Assembly: GCA_965223415.1 (NCBI GenBank)
Contig: OZ245002.1
Location: 4,256,001-4,320,000 of the forward strand
From: Myxococcota bacterium
GTDB taxonomy: Bacteria; Myxococcota_A; UBA9160; UBA6930
Direction: 5' to 3'
Length of the DNA stretch: 64,000 nt
Every line of letters begins with the position of its first letter. The stretch's first letter is position 1. The translations under genes and the position numbers were made by a program. The notes below the pieces were generated by a model. That model worked only from the letters and a program-made list of their open reading frames with translations. It was not told where the DNA came from and did not search any database. Positions 9,613-18,535 of the stretch are shown piece after piece.

Positions 9613-10832
9613 TCAAGGGGACGTCGGGCGCAATCGGGCCAGCGGCAGCTTGCTGCGCATGGCCACGCGGCGGGTGGCCCAGAAGAAGGTCGCGGCCAGG
9701 AGCGGCCCCGACAGCCCCGCGAGCACCAGCAGCCATGCACCGACGCCTTCCGTGCGCGTGGCGTTCCAGGTGGCGAACTGCAGCAGGGTGAGCGCCGCGT
9801 CGAAGGTGGTGAGGCCCACCAGGAGGCTGGCGAGCCACGGCCGCCAGCGCTGCACTAGCGTGAAGAGCAGCACGATCAGCATGACGTCGAAGGCCGTCCA
9901 GGCCATCTGCACGGCCCGCGACGGAAACCAAACCCCCTCCGGCGCCAGGGCGATGGCGATCGTCCAGGGCACGAGCAGGGCCGCGAGCACGAAGGTCGCG
10001 AGACTGCGCTCGTGCACCAGCGTGCTGAGGCCGAAGCGCAGCAGTCCGCCGGGGGCGAAGGCGGTGAGCACGTCGCGGATGGCCCATAGGCCCAGGTGCT
10101 CGCGTGGGTACGCCAGGTAGACCGGCTCCCAGCGCTGGGGCCGGAGCTTCTCCTTGAACGCGCGCACACCCCCGAAGTTGTAGAGGGCGGCCGTGTAGTC
10201 GCGGGTGAGTCGCAGGGCCGTGTTCACCTCGCCGGCCAGGGGCGCGAGACCGAGGGTGGCGGTCCGGCTGCCCTCGGCCGCGAGGACGCGCATCATCGCG
10301 TCGACCAGGCTCTCGGCCGTGCCGTTCGGAGCCTCGGGATCGCGGATCACGTCCTCGACGAACCAGCCGCCGAGGCCGTAGATCGGCACCGCGGCGGCGA
10401 AGCCCAGCACCCGGCCCTCGCGCTCCGCCACCACGTAGCGCCGCTCTTCCGGATGGCCGAAGGGATGGACGAGCACGAGGAACTTCATCTCGCTCATGCT
10501 GTGGGAGGCGAGCCAGCGCGCGATCAGCGCCTCGATCCCCCGGCGGACGTCACTCCCGGTGTCGCCGATCTCGTCCGCCTCCACCGGGCGGAGGACGAGG
10601 CCCTTGGCGCGCCCGCGGCGACCCATGCTCGACCGGTATCGGCGTAGGCGACGCAAGCGTCGTCCCCGTCGAACCAGTAGCGGTAGCCGGGCTCCAGGAT
10701 CTGGAACGAGGTCGTGTGTCGGCTGTGGCGTTTCAGGAGTGCGAGGACCCGGTCCTCTGTCTCCGCCGACGCCGATGCCGGGCCCCGGGTCTCCACCTTC
10801 ACCGATGCGAGGACCTGGTCCCCGGTTTCCAC
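9613..10832 (-). pseudogene. Phosphatidylglycerol lysyltransferase C-terminal-like (DUF2156/MprF) protein, frameshifted with an apparent internal deletion
   Basis: The N-terminal part (TTSFQILEPGYRYWFDGDDACVAYADTGRAWVAAGAP) and the C-terminal part (RAKGLVLR...APNGTAESL...ATLGLAPL...LYNFGGVRAFKEK) are in different frames and join near 10610. The start is uncertain. Confidence 0.7.
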
Positions 10833-10834
10833 CT

Positions 10835-13800
10835 TCAGCCGTTCCGCACGCTCTCGAGCAGCTTCTTCACGTCGGCGGGGGCCAGGGGTACGTAGGCCTC
10901 CTCCTCCGGGGCCCACCACAGGGTCGTGCCGTCGGCATCGAGCCCGAGGCCCTGCTCGCGCAGCGGACGTTTGCGGACGCGCCGGCCGGCCGTCATGGGC
11001 AGCTCGTCCAGCACGCGCACGACCCAGGGCCGGTGCGGGGCCACGAGGCGCCCCTGCACCTTGCGGCGCAAGAGCCCCGGGTCGCACGCCGCGCCGTCGC
11101 GCAGGGTGAGCGCCGCTGCGGGGATCTCGTACTCGAGCTCCGGCAGCCGGATGCCGTAGACCGCCGCCAGGTCGACGAAGTCGAGCTCGGCGGTGAGGAC
11201 GTCCTCCACCGGGATCGTCGGCACCGCGCCGAAGCGCCCGTGGATCAGGTTCGCCACGCTGTCGACGAGCCAGAAGTCGCCGTCCTTGTCGACGCGGACC
11301 AGGTCGCCGGTGTCGAGCCAGGCGTCGTTCGCGTCGAAGACGCCGCGCAGCGGGCGGCCCACCACCTCACCGCGGCCGCGGTCGACCTTGGCGAGCAGAA
11401 GGCCGATCTCTCCCTTCGGCGCTTGGCGGGCGAAGCCGCTCGCCTCCTGGAGGAGCTCACCGGCCTCCAGCTCCCAGGACGCCACGGCGAGCTCGGCGCC
11501 CCCCGGCAGGGGCCGGCCGACCGAGCCGGACTTGCGACCCGTCAGGTTCACGAGCACCGCGTTGCCTTCACTGGAGGCGTAGAACTCGACGACCCGCGCC
11601 CGCGGGAAACGGGCCATGAGCCGCTTCCACAGCCCCTTCGGCATGCCGCTTCCCGCGAAGAGCTGGATCGGTGAGTGCCGCTCGGCCGGGTGCTCGGGGC
11701 CGGCCACCAGGGCGCGGAGCATCGCTCCGCTGTAGCCCACGACGTTCACGCCGTAGCGCCGCACGTCGTCCCAGAAGCGCTCCACGTCGAAGTCCTCTGC
11801 CCGGGAGGGCGTGGCCATGGCCAGGCGGGCTCCGCTGACGAGGGCCCCGCCCACGCACACCAGGATGCCGGTGGGGTGGTGGGTGGGAGAGATGCAGTAG
11901 ACCGTGTCCCCCGAGCCGAGGGTGCAGGCCGAGGCGGTGCCGTAGGCGGAGGTGGCCCAGCGTCGGTTGGACACACGGCTCGTGCCGACGCGCTCGGCGT
12001 CGCCGGTGACGAGCACCAGGGCCAGCTCGCCGGCCATCCCCGAGTCGGGCTCGTACCAGTCGGGCAGCACCACCCGATCCGGGTCGATGGCCTCCATGTC
12101 GACCAGGCCCGGTCCGAGGCTGCGGGGCTCGCCGCCGCCGCCCAGCACGAGTACCTCGCGGCCCGTCGCCTCGCGGGCGGCGGCCGCATGCTCTGGGTCG
12201 GCCAGCAGGTGATCGACCGGGGCGACCCCGAGCTGCGGGCCCGGCGGAAGGTCCGGGCGCAGGAGCACGGCCACGGCGCCGAGCCGGGAGAGGGCGACGG
12301 TGGCGGCGACGGCGCTCGGGCGCGTGGTCATCAGCACGCCCACGTGCTGCCCCTGACGCACGCCACACTCGAGGAAGCCGCGCACCACGTTGTCGATGCG
12401 GGTGTTCGCGTCCCGGAAGCTGTGGGCGCGTCCCTCGAACAGGAAGAAGGTGTCGTCCGGATTCTCGTCGGCGCGCTCGCTCAGGGCCCGCGCCATGCTC
12501 ACGGCGCTGTCGCGGCGCAGCTCGTCCAGCCGGCCGAGGCGCGGGATCTGCGGGAAGATCGCCTCCGTCGCCCGGCCGAGCAGACCGAAGCGGCTGCCGA
12601 GCAGCTCCGGCAGCTCGCCCAGCAGATCGCGGCCGAGGCTGAGGGCGAGGCCCACGCCATCGGTCACGTCGTCGAAGGCGCTGCGTCGGGGCTCCCGCTC
12701 GCGCGGCGACTCCATCGACTCCACGAGGTCCGGCCGCGGTCCGCGGCCCTCCTGCCACTCGAGCCAGGCGAGCACCACCGGCCAGGTGACCTCTACCGAG
12801 CGTGAGCCCACCACGAGGCCGAAGTGGCCCGCCTGCAGCTTGGTCTCGTAGACCTCAGCCCGGGGCGCGGCGGGGATGATCCCTCGCACCGTCCGCGCCG
12901 GTGCGAGGGAATCGGTGGCGCCGGTGAAGGCCAGGATCGGGCAGGCGAGGCGGGCGAGGGTGACTGTGCGCCCGTCGATCACGAAGCCTCCCTGCAGCAG
13001 GCGGTTGTGGGAGACGAGCTGCTGGATCACGTCCTGGAGCGCCGGGCCCGGGAAGGCGACCCAGCCTTCCCGATCGAGGAAGCGCCGCATGCCCTCGCGC
13101 TCGAGGAGTGCCTCGCGGTCCGCGAGCTGGCGGGCGAAGTCGATGCGCTGCTGGACGGTCTTTACCGGGTCCATCAGCTGGAAGCCCAGACGCGTCGCCC
13201 AGGAGGGGATGCCGTCCGGGAAGAGCGAGCTCTGGAGCCGGCCCACGCCTTCGATCAGGTCGGCCAGGAAGTCCGTCGGCAGGGCCGACGGAAGATTCTC
13301 GTGCAGGTCGACCGGGCTCCCGAAGGTGACGAGGGAGGCGATGCCCGGCTCGGCGTCGTCGGCCGCGCAGCGGTAGGCCGCCGCCTGGTAGCAGAACATC
13401 CCGCCCTGGGAGTAGCCCATCAGGTGGACGTCGCGGCCGGTCGCCGCCCGCACGGTGTCGACCGCGAGGCTCACCGCCACGACGTGGTCGGTGAGCGTGC
13501 GCTCGAGCCCGCCTTCCTCGGCCTCGGGAGAGCCGAAGTCCACGACCCACGGGTCCGCGCCCCCCTCGTGGAGCAGGCGAACCGCGCTCGATTCCGGGGC
13601 CACGTCCCAGACCTCGGCGCTGAGCATCAGCGGCGGGACCAGGAGCACCGCCGGGCCGGCGTCCGCCCGCGGATCCGGGAAGTAGTGACGCAGGCGGTGA
13701 TGGCGCTCCTCGGCCGCCACGTCGTAGGGCGCCGGGTCGGGCTCGCCCAGGCCGCCGAAGCGGGCGATCTCGATGCCGTTGCGGACGGCGGCCACCAGTT

Positions 13801-13855
13801 GGCCCAGCACGCCGCCGGCCTGGGCCTCGCGGCGCTCTCCCTTCGACTCCGCCAT
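10835..13855 (-). CDS. Bifunctional alpha/beta-hydrolase (PhaC-like) plus acyl-CoA synthetase-like protein
   Basis: LLVPPLM, GYSQGG nucleophile elbow and AGHFGLVVG, followed by an AMP-binding region (EFYASSEG, WLDTGDL). The architecture resembles mycobacterial Rv1683. Confidence 0.8.
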   Translation of the reverse strand: MAESKGERREAQAGGVLGQLVAAVRNGIEIARFGGLGEPDPAPYDVAAEERHHRLRHYFPDPRADAGPAVLLVPPLMLSAEVWDVAPESSAVRLLHEGGADPWVVDFGSPEAEEGGLERTLTDHVVAVSLAVDTVRAATGRDVHLMGYSQGGMFCYQAAAYRCAADDAEPGIASLVTFGSPVDLHENLPSALPTDFLADLIEGVGRLQSSLFPDGIPSWATRLGFQLMDPVKTVQQRIDFARQLADREALLEREGMRRFLDREGWVAFPGPALQDVIQQLVSHNRLLQGGFVIDGRTVTLARLACPILAFTGATDSLAPARTVRGIIPAAPRAEVYETKLQAGHFGLVVGSRSVEVTWPVVLAWLEWQEGRGPRPDLVESMESPREREPRRSAFDDVTDGVGLALSLGRDLLGELPELLGSRFGLLGRATEAIFPQIPRLGRLDELRRDSAVSMARALSERADENPDDTFFLFEGRAHSFRDANTRIDNVVRGFLECGVRQGQHVGVLMTTRPSAVAATVALSRLGAVAVLLRPDLPPGPQLGVAPVDHLLADPEHAAAAREATGREVLVLGGGGEPRSLGPGLVDMEAIDPDRVVLPDWYEPDSGMAGELALVLVTGDAERVGTSRVSNRRWATSAYGTASACTLGSGDTVYCISPTHHPTGILVCVGGALVSGARLAMATPSRAEDFDVERFWDDVRRYGVNVVGYSGAMLRALVAGPEHPAERHSPIQLFAGSGMPKGLWKRLMARFPRARVVEFYASSEGNAVLVNLTGRKSGSVGRPLPGGAELAVASWELEAGELLQEASGFARQAPKGEIGLLLAKVDRGRGEVVGRPLRGVFDANDAWLDTGDLVRVDKDGDFWLVDSVANLIHGRFGAVPTIPVEDVLTAELDFVDLAAVYGIRLPELEYEIPAAALTLRDGAACDPGLLRRKVQGRLVAPHRPWVVRVLDELPMTAGRRVRKRPLREQGLGLDADGTTLWWAPEEEAYVPLAPADVKKLLESVRNG

Positions 13856-13929
13856 GGCCGGGAACCTCCTCGAACCGGGATCGTCCGTCACCCGGGCGGA
13901 CGACGCCAGCGGGGGGCTACCCTGACCGG

Positions 13930-14817
13930 ATGGCAGACGTCCCGCAACGCCGGGAGGGGCCCGAGGGCGGCTCCGGCTGGCTCCCGAGCCCCTTTCGGGG
14001 CCTCGAACGGGAGATTGGCGACCGCCTTGCCAAGGCGCCGATCCAGCTGAACGAGTTCGGCTTCGACCGCTTCGGCTTCGAGCCGGAGACGGCGCGGCGG
14101 CTGCTGCTCCCGGGGGCGTTGCTCTTCCGGAACTACTTCCGGGTCGAGACCTTCGACATCGAGCGGGTCCCGACCGGCCGCGTCCTGCTGGTCGGCAACC
14201 ACTCGGGCCAGTTCGCCTACGACGGCATGATGCTGGCGACCGCCATGCTGCTCGAGGCCGAGCCCCCGCGTCTCGTGCGCGGGATGGGAGAGTACTTCCT
14301 GTTCCGCATGCCCTGGGTGGGTCAGACCGCCGCCCGAATGGGGCAGATGGTCGGCACGCCGGAGAACTGCGTGGCGATGCTCGAGCAGGACGAGTGCGTG
14401 ATGGTCTTCCCGGAGGGGGCGGACGGCGCGAACAAGCCCTTTCGCGAGCGCTACCAGCTGCAGCGCTTCGGCACGGGCTTCATGCGGCTGGCGCTCCAGA
14501 CCGGCACGCCGATCGTGCCCGTCGGCATCATCGGCGCCGAGGAGCAGCAGCCCGGCTTCGCCAACCTCCGGGACCTCGGCCGGCGCTTCGACCTGCCGTC
14601 GCTGCCCATCACCATCAGCCAGCCCTGGTTCGGCCCGCTGGGCTCGATGTTCGCCCTCCCGACCAAGTACCGAATGTATTTCGGCGAGCCGCTCCACTTC
14701 GAGGGCCGCCCCAACGAGGAGGACGAAGACGTCGACCGCCGCGTCGACGTGGTCAAGGACGCCATGGGCGTGCTCCTCGAACGCGGCCTCGAAGAGCGGA
14801 CCGGCATCTTCAGTTGA
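13930..14817 (+). CDS. Lysophospholipid acyltransferase family protein
   Basis: VGNHSGQFAYD, VFPEG and GFMRLALQTGTPIVPV. Confidence 0.88.
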   Translation: MADVPQRREGPEGGSGWLPSPFRGLEREIGDRLAKAPIQLNEFGFDRFGFEPETARRLLLPGALLFRNYFRVETFDIERVPTGRVLLVGNHSGQFAYDGMMLATAMLLEAEPPRLVRGMGEYFLFRMPWVGQTAARMGQMVGTPENCVAMLEQDECVMVFPEGADGANKPFRERYQLQRFGTGFMRLALQTGTPIVPVGIIGAEEQQPGFANLRDLGRRFDLPSLPITISQPWFGPLGSMFALPTKYRMYFGEPLHFEGRPNEEDEDVDRRVDVVKDAMGVLLERGLEERTGIFS

Positions 14818-14843
14818 GAAACGGGGCCGGAGGCCCCGTTTCT
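14817..14843. repeat. Short palindrome (REP-like or bidirectional terminator) between convergent genes
   Basis: AGAAACGGGGCC-GGA-GGCCCCGTTTCT; its 12-bp arms are identical to the outer arms of the element at 34579-34645. Confidence 0.75.
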
Positions 14844-15570
14844 AGATCGAGTCGAGGGCGGCCTGGACGCGGTCGGGCTGGGAGCGGACCTGGTAGTCGG
14901 CGCTCTGGTCGATCCAGCGGACCATTCCCTGGGCGTCGGTGAGGATCGTGGTCGGGACCGGCAGGCCATCGAGGCCCGGCGGCTTGACCATGCGGGCCGT
15001 GTTCTCGAGCCCGAGGAGCCGCGTCACCCGGAGGTCGCGGTCCGAGAGCATAATCGCCTGGGCGCCGTGCTTCCCCATGCCCTCGCGGATCTGCTCCGGC
15101 GTGTCCGTGCACAGGGTGACGATCTGCACGTCCCTCGCGTCGAGCTCGGGCCGGAGCTCCTCCCATCGCCGCAACTCGGCGACACAGTAGGGTCACCAGT
15201 GGCCGCGGAAGAGCTTCAGCAGGACCGGGCGGCCCGCCAGGCTCGCGAGCGAGAAGGGCTCGCCGCTCTCGTCCGGCGCCGTGAAGTCCGGAAGGGGCTC
15301 GCCGAGCGCCACCGCCGGCGCCTGCTTCGACTGGGGCGCCAGCAGGGCCAGGAAGAGGAAGCCGCTGCCGAGGACGGCCGTCAGACCCGCCACGACACCA
15401 CCGCCCCAGCCCGGTCCCTGGGCGAGGGAGGCCAGGGCCAGCAGCACTGCCGCCCCGATCAGCCCGAGGGGGATCCAGCGCCGCCCTTCGAGCGCGACCC
15501 GCTTCACGAGGGAGAACCAGAATACGAGGGCGGCGACGACGATCGCGGCCGCTACCAGGGCCATCCGCAT
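14842..15570 (-). CDS. Membrane-anchored peroxiredoxin-like (AhpC/TSA/redoxin) selenoprotein with UxxC motif
   Basis: ORF 15193-15570 and the downstream ORF share a frame and are separated only by TGA (15195-15193). Read-through gives PDFTAPD...LLKLFRGHW-U-PYCVAELRRW...LSDRDL...VPTTILTD, an intact redoxin fold behind about 3 TM helices. Confidence 0.85.
15162..15192 (-). promoter_or_regulatory. Putative bacterial SECIS hairpin
   Basis: Immediately 3' of the UGA the mRNA reads CCCUACUGUG-UCGCCG-AGUUG-CGGCGA-UGGG, giving a perfect 6-bp upper stem, a G-containing loop and CCC/GGG lower pairing. Confidence 0.65.
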
Positions 15571-15774
15571 GGGCAGAGGCTAGCGCGCGCCTGCGTGACG
15601 CGATCCGTAGCCAGGGTCCAGCTCCGGTTCGGCGGGGGAGGCCCGGAAGGTCCGGGTACATTGGGGCAACAAGCCCCTTTTCGTGGCGCCTCGGGTCGAT
15701 CGCGGGCTGGAGGCGTCGGGGCCTTCTGCGAGAATCGGCCCACCAGTTGCACCATAGTCCGAGCGGAGGCTCCC

Positions 15775-16248
15775 ATGCACGTATCCGACGTCATGCAGCG
15801 CGAGGTCCTGACGATCCGCGCCAACGACACCGTCCCCCGGCTCGACGAGCTGCTCTCCCGCCACCGAATCAGCGGCGTGCCGGTGGTGGCGGACGGGAAG
15901 GTGGTCGGGGTGGTGTCGCGGAGTGACGTGGTCCGGCAGCTCGAGGTCGAGCGCTCCCGCTTCGAGGGGCTCTCCTGGTACCTCGAGCCCTTCGACGCCG
16001 ACGAGCGGACCGGGGAGTACGACGCCCAGGTGTCCGTGGCGGTGGCCAACCGGCTGGGCAACCTGCAGGTGAACGAGCTGATGACGAAGGACGTGCTGCA
16101 CATCGCGCCGGACGCGAGCCTGGCGGCGGCGGCCCGTTGCATGGTCGAGCAGCGGGTCCACCGGCTGCTGGTGATGCGGGACGGCGAGCTCCTGGGGCTC
16201 GTGTCGAGCCTGGACCTGTTGCGGGGGCTCGCGGAGAGCGAGGGGTGA
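15775..16248 (+). CDS. CBS domain protein
   Basis: VSDVM, ISGVPVV, VGVVSRSD, VHRLLV and GLVSSLD form a CBS pair; GGAGG RBS. Confidence 0.9.
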   Translation: MHVSDVMQREVLTIRANDTVPRLDELLSRHRISGVPVVADGKVVGVVSRSDVVRQLEVERSRFEGLSWYLEPFDADERTGEYDAQVSVAVANRLGNLQVNELMTKDVLHIAPDASLAAAARCMVEQRVHRLLVMRDGELLGLVSSLDLLRGLAESEG

Positions 16249-17021
16249 CTCCCGGCCCCCCGGCGACCGACGGCGCCCCGCGAGCCGAGGGCTACGTCGC
16301 GTGGCGGGGGGCGCGAGCCTGGCGCTTCGTCTGGACCGTCGCGTCGGCCTTCGGGGTCCAGAGTCTGGTGCTCGGTCTGGCGGCGCTTCCGGCGGTGCTC
16401 TTCTGGCAGGTGCACGTGGCGGCGAGTGCGGCACTGCCCGCCGGCCCCCTGCGCATCGTGTTCCTGGCCATGGCCGCCGTACCCGCCTACCTGCTCTTCG
16501 CCTTCGCCCTGATGGCTCTCTCTGCCGGCGCCACGCGCCTGCTGGGCTGGCGCCCCCGGCCGAACACGGAGATGCGCATCTCGGCCCTCGAGCCGGCCCT
16601 GGCCGACTGGGCCCGCTACGGGATCCTCTCCCACGTGGTACGGGTGCTCGTGGGCCCCGTGCTGCGCAACACGCCCGTGTGGGTCTGGTACCTGCGCGCC
16701 AACGGTGCGCGCATCGGAAGGAGGGTCTGGATCAACAGCCTGGACGTCACGGACCACTGCCTGCTCGAGCTGGGCGACGACGTGGTGATCGGGGCCGGCG
16801 TGCATCTATCCGGCCACACGGTGGAGCGGGGCGTCGTGCGCACGGCGCCGATCAAGCTCGGCGCGGGCACGGTCGTGGGGGTGGGCTGCCACGTGGAGAT
16901 CGACGTGCAGACCGGCCCGGGCTGCCAGATCGGCTCGCTCTCCATGGTGCCGAAGGGGAGTCGGCTGGACGGTCAGCGCACCTACGTGGGCGTTCCCGTG
17001 CACCCCCTGGAGGCGTCGTGA
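16245..17021 (+). CDS. Membrane protein with left-handed beta-helix (hexapeptide) acyltransferase domain
   Basis: GARIGRRVWI, LGDDVVIGAG and YVGVP, preceded by two TM segments; GTGA overlap. Confidence 0.75.
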   Translation: MTPGPPATDGAPRAEGYVAWRGARAWRFVWTVASAFGVQSLVLGLAALPAVLFWQVHVAASAALPAGPLRIVFLAMAAVPAYLLFAFALMALSAGATRLLGWRPRPNTEMRISALEPALADWARYGILSHVVRVLVGPVLRNTPVWVWYLRANGARIGRRVWINSLDVTDHCLLELGDDVVIGAGVHLSGHTVERGVVRTAPIKLGAGTVVGVGCHVEIDVQTGPGCQIGSLSMVPKGSRLDGQRTYVGVPVHPLEAS

Positions 17022-17794
17022 CCGACGGCCACCTCCGGGACGTCGCCGGCACCGGCTCGGACACCCTCGTCATGGTGCCCGGTCTCGACGGCACGGCGCT
17101 GCTCTTCTACCGCCAGATCCCGCTCCTGGCCGAGCGTTTCCACGTGGTGGCCTTTCCGCTTCCGAACGAGTCGGATCGCACCATGGCCCGGCTCGTCTTG
17201 GAGCTGCGCCAGCTCGTCGACGAGGTGAGCGACGGCCGGGTGCTGCTCTGCGGCGAGTCTTTCGGCGGCGCCCTCAGCCTGAGCTTCGCCCTGGCCCATC
17301 CGGAGCGGACCCGCGGCCTCGTGATCCTGAACTCCTTCGCTCGCGTCCACCAACGGATCCGCCTGGGCCTGGCGCCGTTGGCCCTGAAGGCCGTGCCCTG
17401 GGGTGCCATGCCCCTCGTGCGGCGCTTCACCGAGCACCGCCTCCACAGCCCCCACGCCCTCCCGGAGGACCTGCGGGAGTTCCGCGAGCGCTCGAAAGCC
17501 ATCGGGCGAGAGGGCTACATCCGCCGCCTCCAGATCCTGCAGGACTACGACCTCCGCGATCGCCTCGGCGAGATTCAGGCCCCGGCGCTCTTCCTCGCCG
17601 GGGACCGGGACCGTCTGGTGCCCTCGGTGAGCGAGGCGCGCTTCATGAGCGAGCGAGTGCCCGGGGGCGAGATGATGGTGCTCGAGGGCTACGGCCACGT
17701 CTGCATGATCAACCACGACCTGAACCTGCTCGACTGCGTCGGGCCGTGGTGGGACCGGGTGCTCCTGGAGGAGAGGGCGCACGGGCGCGCCTAG
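17018..17794 (+). CDS. Alpha/beta fold hydrolase
   Basis: VPGLDG, GESFGG, GDRD and GHV. Confidence 0.88.
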   Translation: MTDGHLRDVAGTGSDTLVMVPGLDGTALLFYRQIPLLAERFHVVAFPLPNESDRTMARLVLELRQLVDEVSDGRVLLCGESFGGALSLSFALAHPERTRGLVILNSFARVHQRIRLGLAPLALKAVPWGAMPLVRRFTEHRLHSPHALPEDLREFRERSKAIGREGYIRRLQILQDYDLRDRLGEIQAPALFLAGDRDRLVPSVSEARFMSERVPGGEMMVLEGYGHVCMINHDLNLLDCVGPWWDRVLLEERAHGRA

Positions 17795-18119
17795 CAAAGG
17801 CTGGAGATCGAGTGCGAAGCGTCCCGAACGGCGCCGTCCCCCGGCACCGTGGAAGCGCCTCGTGCTCCCGGCTCGTCGGGCGTCTGCCCAGCCGAACGGT
17901 CTCGGGGAGTCGGTCATCGCGGAGCTGTCCTCGCACGAGGGGAGAGCAAGGGGCGCGCCGGCCGCGGGGCGAGGGGGTACCCGGGTGCCGCAGGCCTGTG
18001 TCGGTGGGCCTCGGCCCGGCGGCGTCCCACCACAGGGAATGCCCGAGCGGCTGGTGGGCCATCCCCCGGTGCGGCGCGAGGCCGGGGCCGCCGATGTCTC
18101 GGGGCGAGGAGGACGGGCC

Positions 18120-18521
18120 ATGCAGGAGCCGAGGGGCAGCTACGGGCGCTGCCTCGCGACCGGCGACTTCCTCGAGCGCTTCTACCAGATTCTGTTCGAG
18201 GCCGAGCCTTCGCTGGCAGCGGCGTTCTCCGGCGTGGACCTGGAGAAGCACACGGAGCTCCTGCGGGAGGGGCTCGCGATGGTGATCCTCCTCGGCACCG
18301 GAGGCGCCCCGGTCGCCCCGACCCTCTGGCGCATCGCCCGGACCCACGGTCCGGGGGGTCTCGACCTGCCTCCCGAGGCCTTCCAGGCCTGGCTCGACTG
18401 TCTGGTCGAGACCGTGCGGGAGAGCGATCCCCTGTTCGACGCCGAGATCGAGGCGGCGTGGCGAAGCGCGGTGCAGGTGGGCATCGACTTCATCGTCTCG
18501 AGCTTCGGGAGCGGCGCCTGA
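18120..18521 (+). CDS. Single-domain globin
   Basis: SYGRC...FLERFYQILF, IARTHG (proximal His) and W..CLVETVRESDP; GAGGAGG RBS. Confidence 0.82.
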   Translation: MQEPRGSYGRCLATGDFLERFYQILFEAEPSLAAAFSGVDLEKHTELLREGLAMVILLGTGGAPVAPTLWRIARTHGPGGLDLPPEAFQAWLDCLVETVRESDPLFDAEIEAAWRSAVQVGIDFIVSSFGSGA

Positions 18522-18535
18522 TCCGGGGCGCGGGG

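Noticed and set aside
10600..10625. Programmed ribosomal frameshift in the DUF2156-like gene
   Set aside because: There is no slippery sequence and coding sequence appears to be missing, so a deletion fits better.
17795..18119. ncRNA or small gene in the 325-bp gap before the globin
   Set aside because: No convincing ORF, RNA motif or strong structure could be supported.
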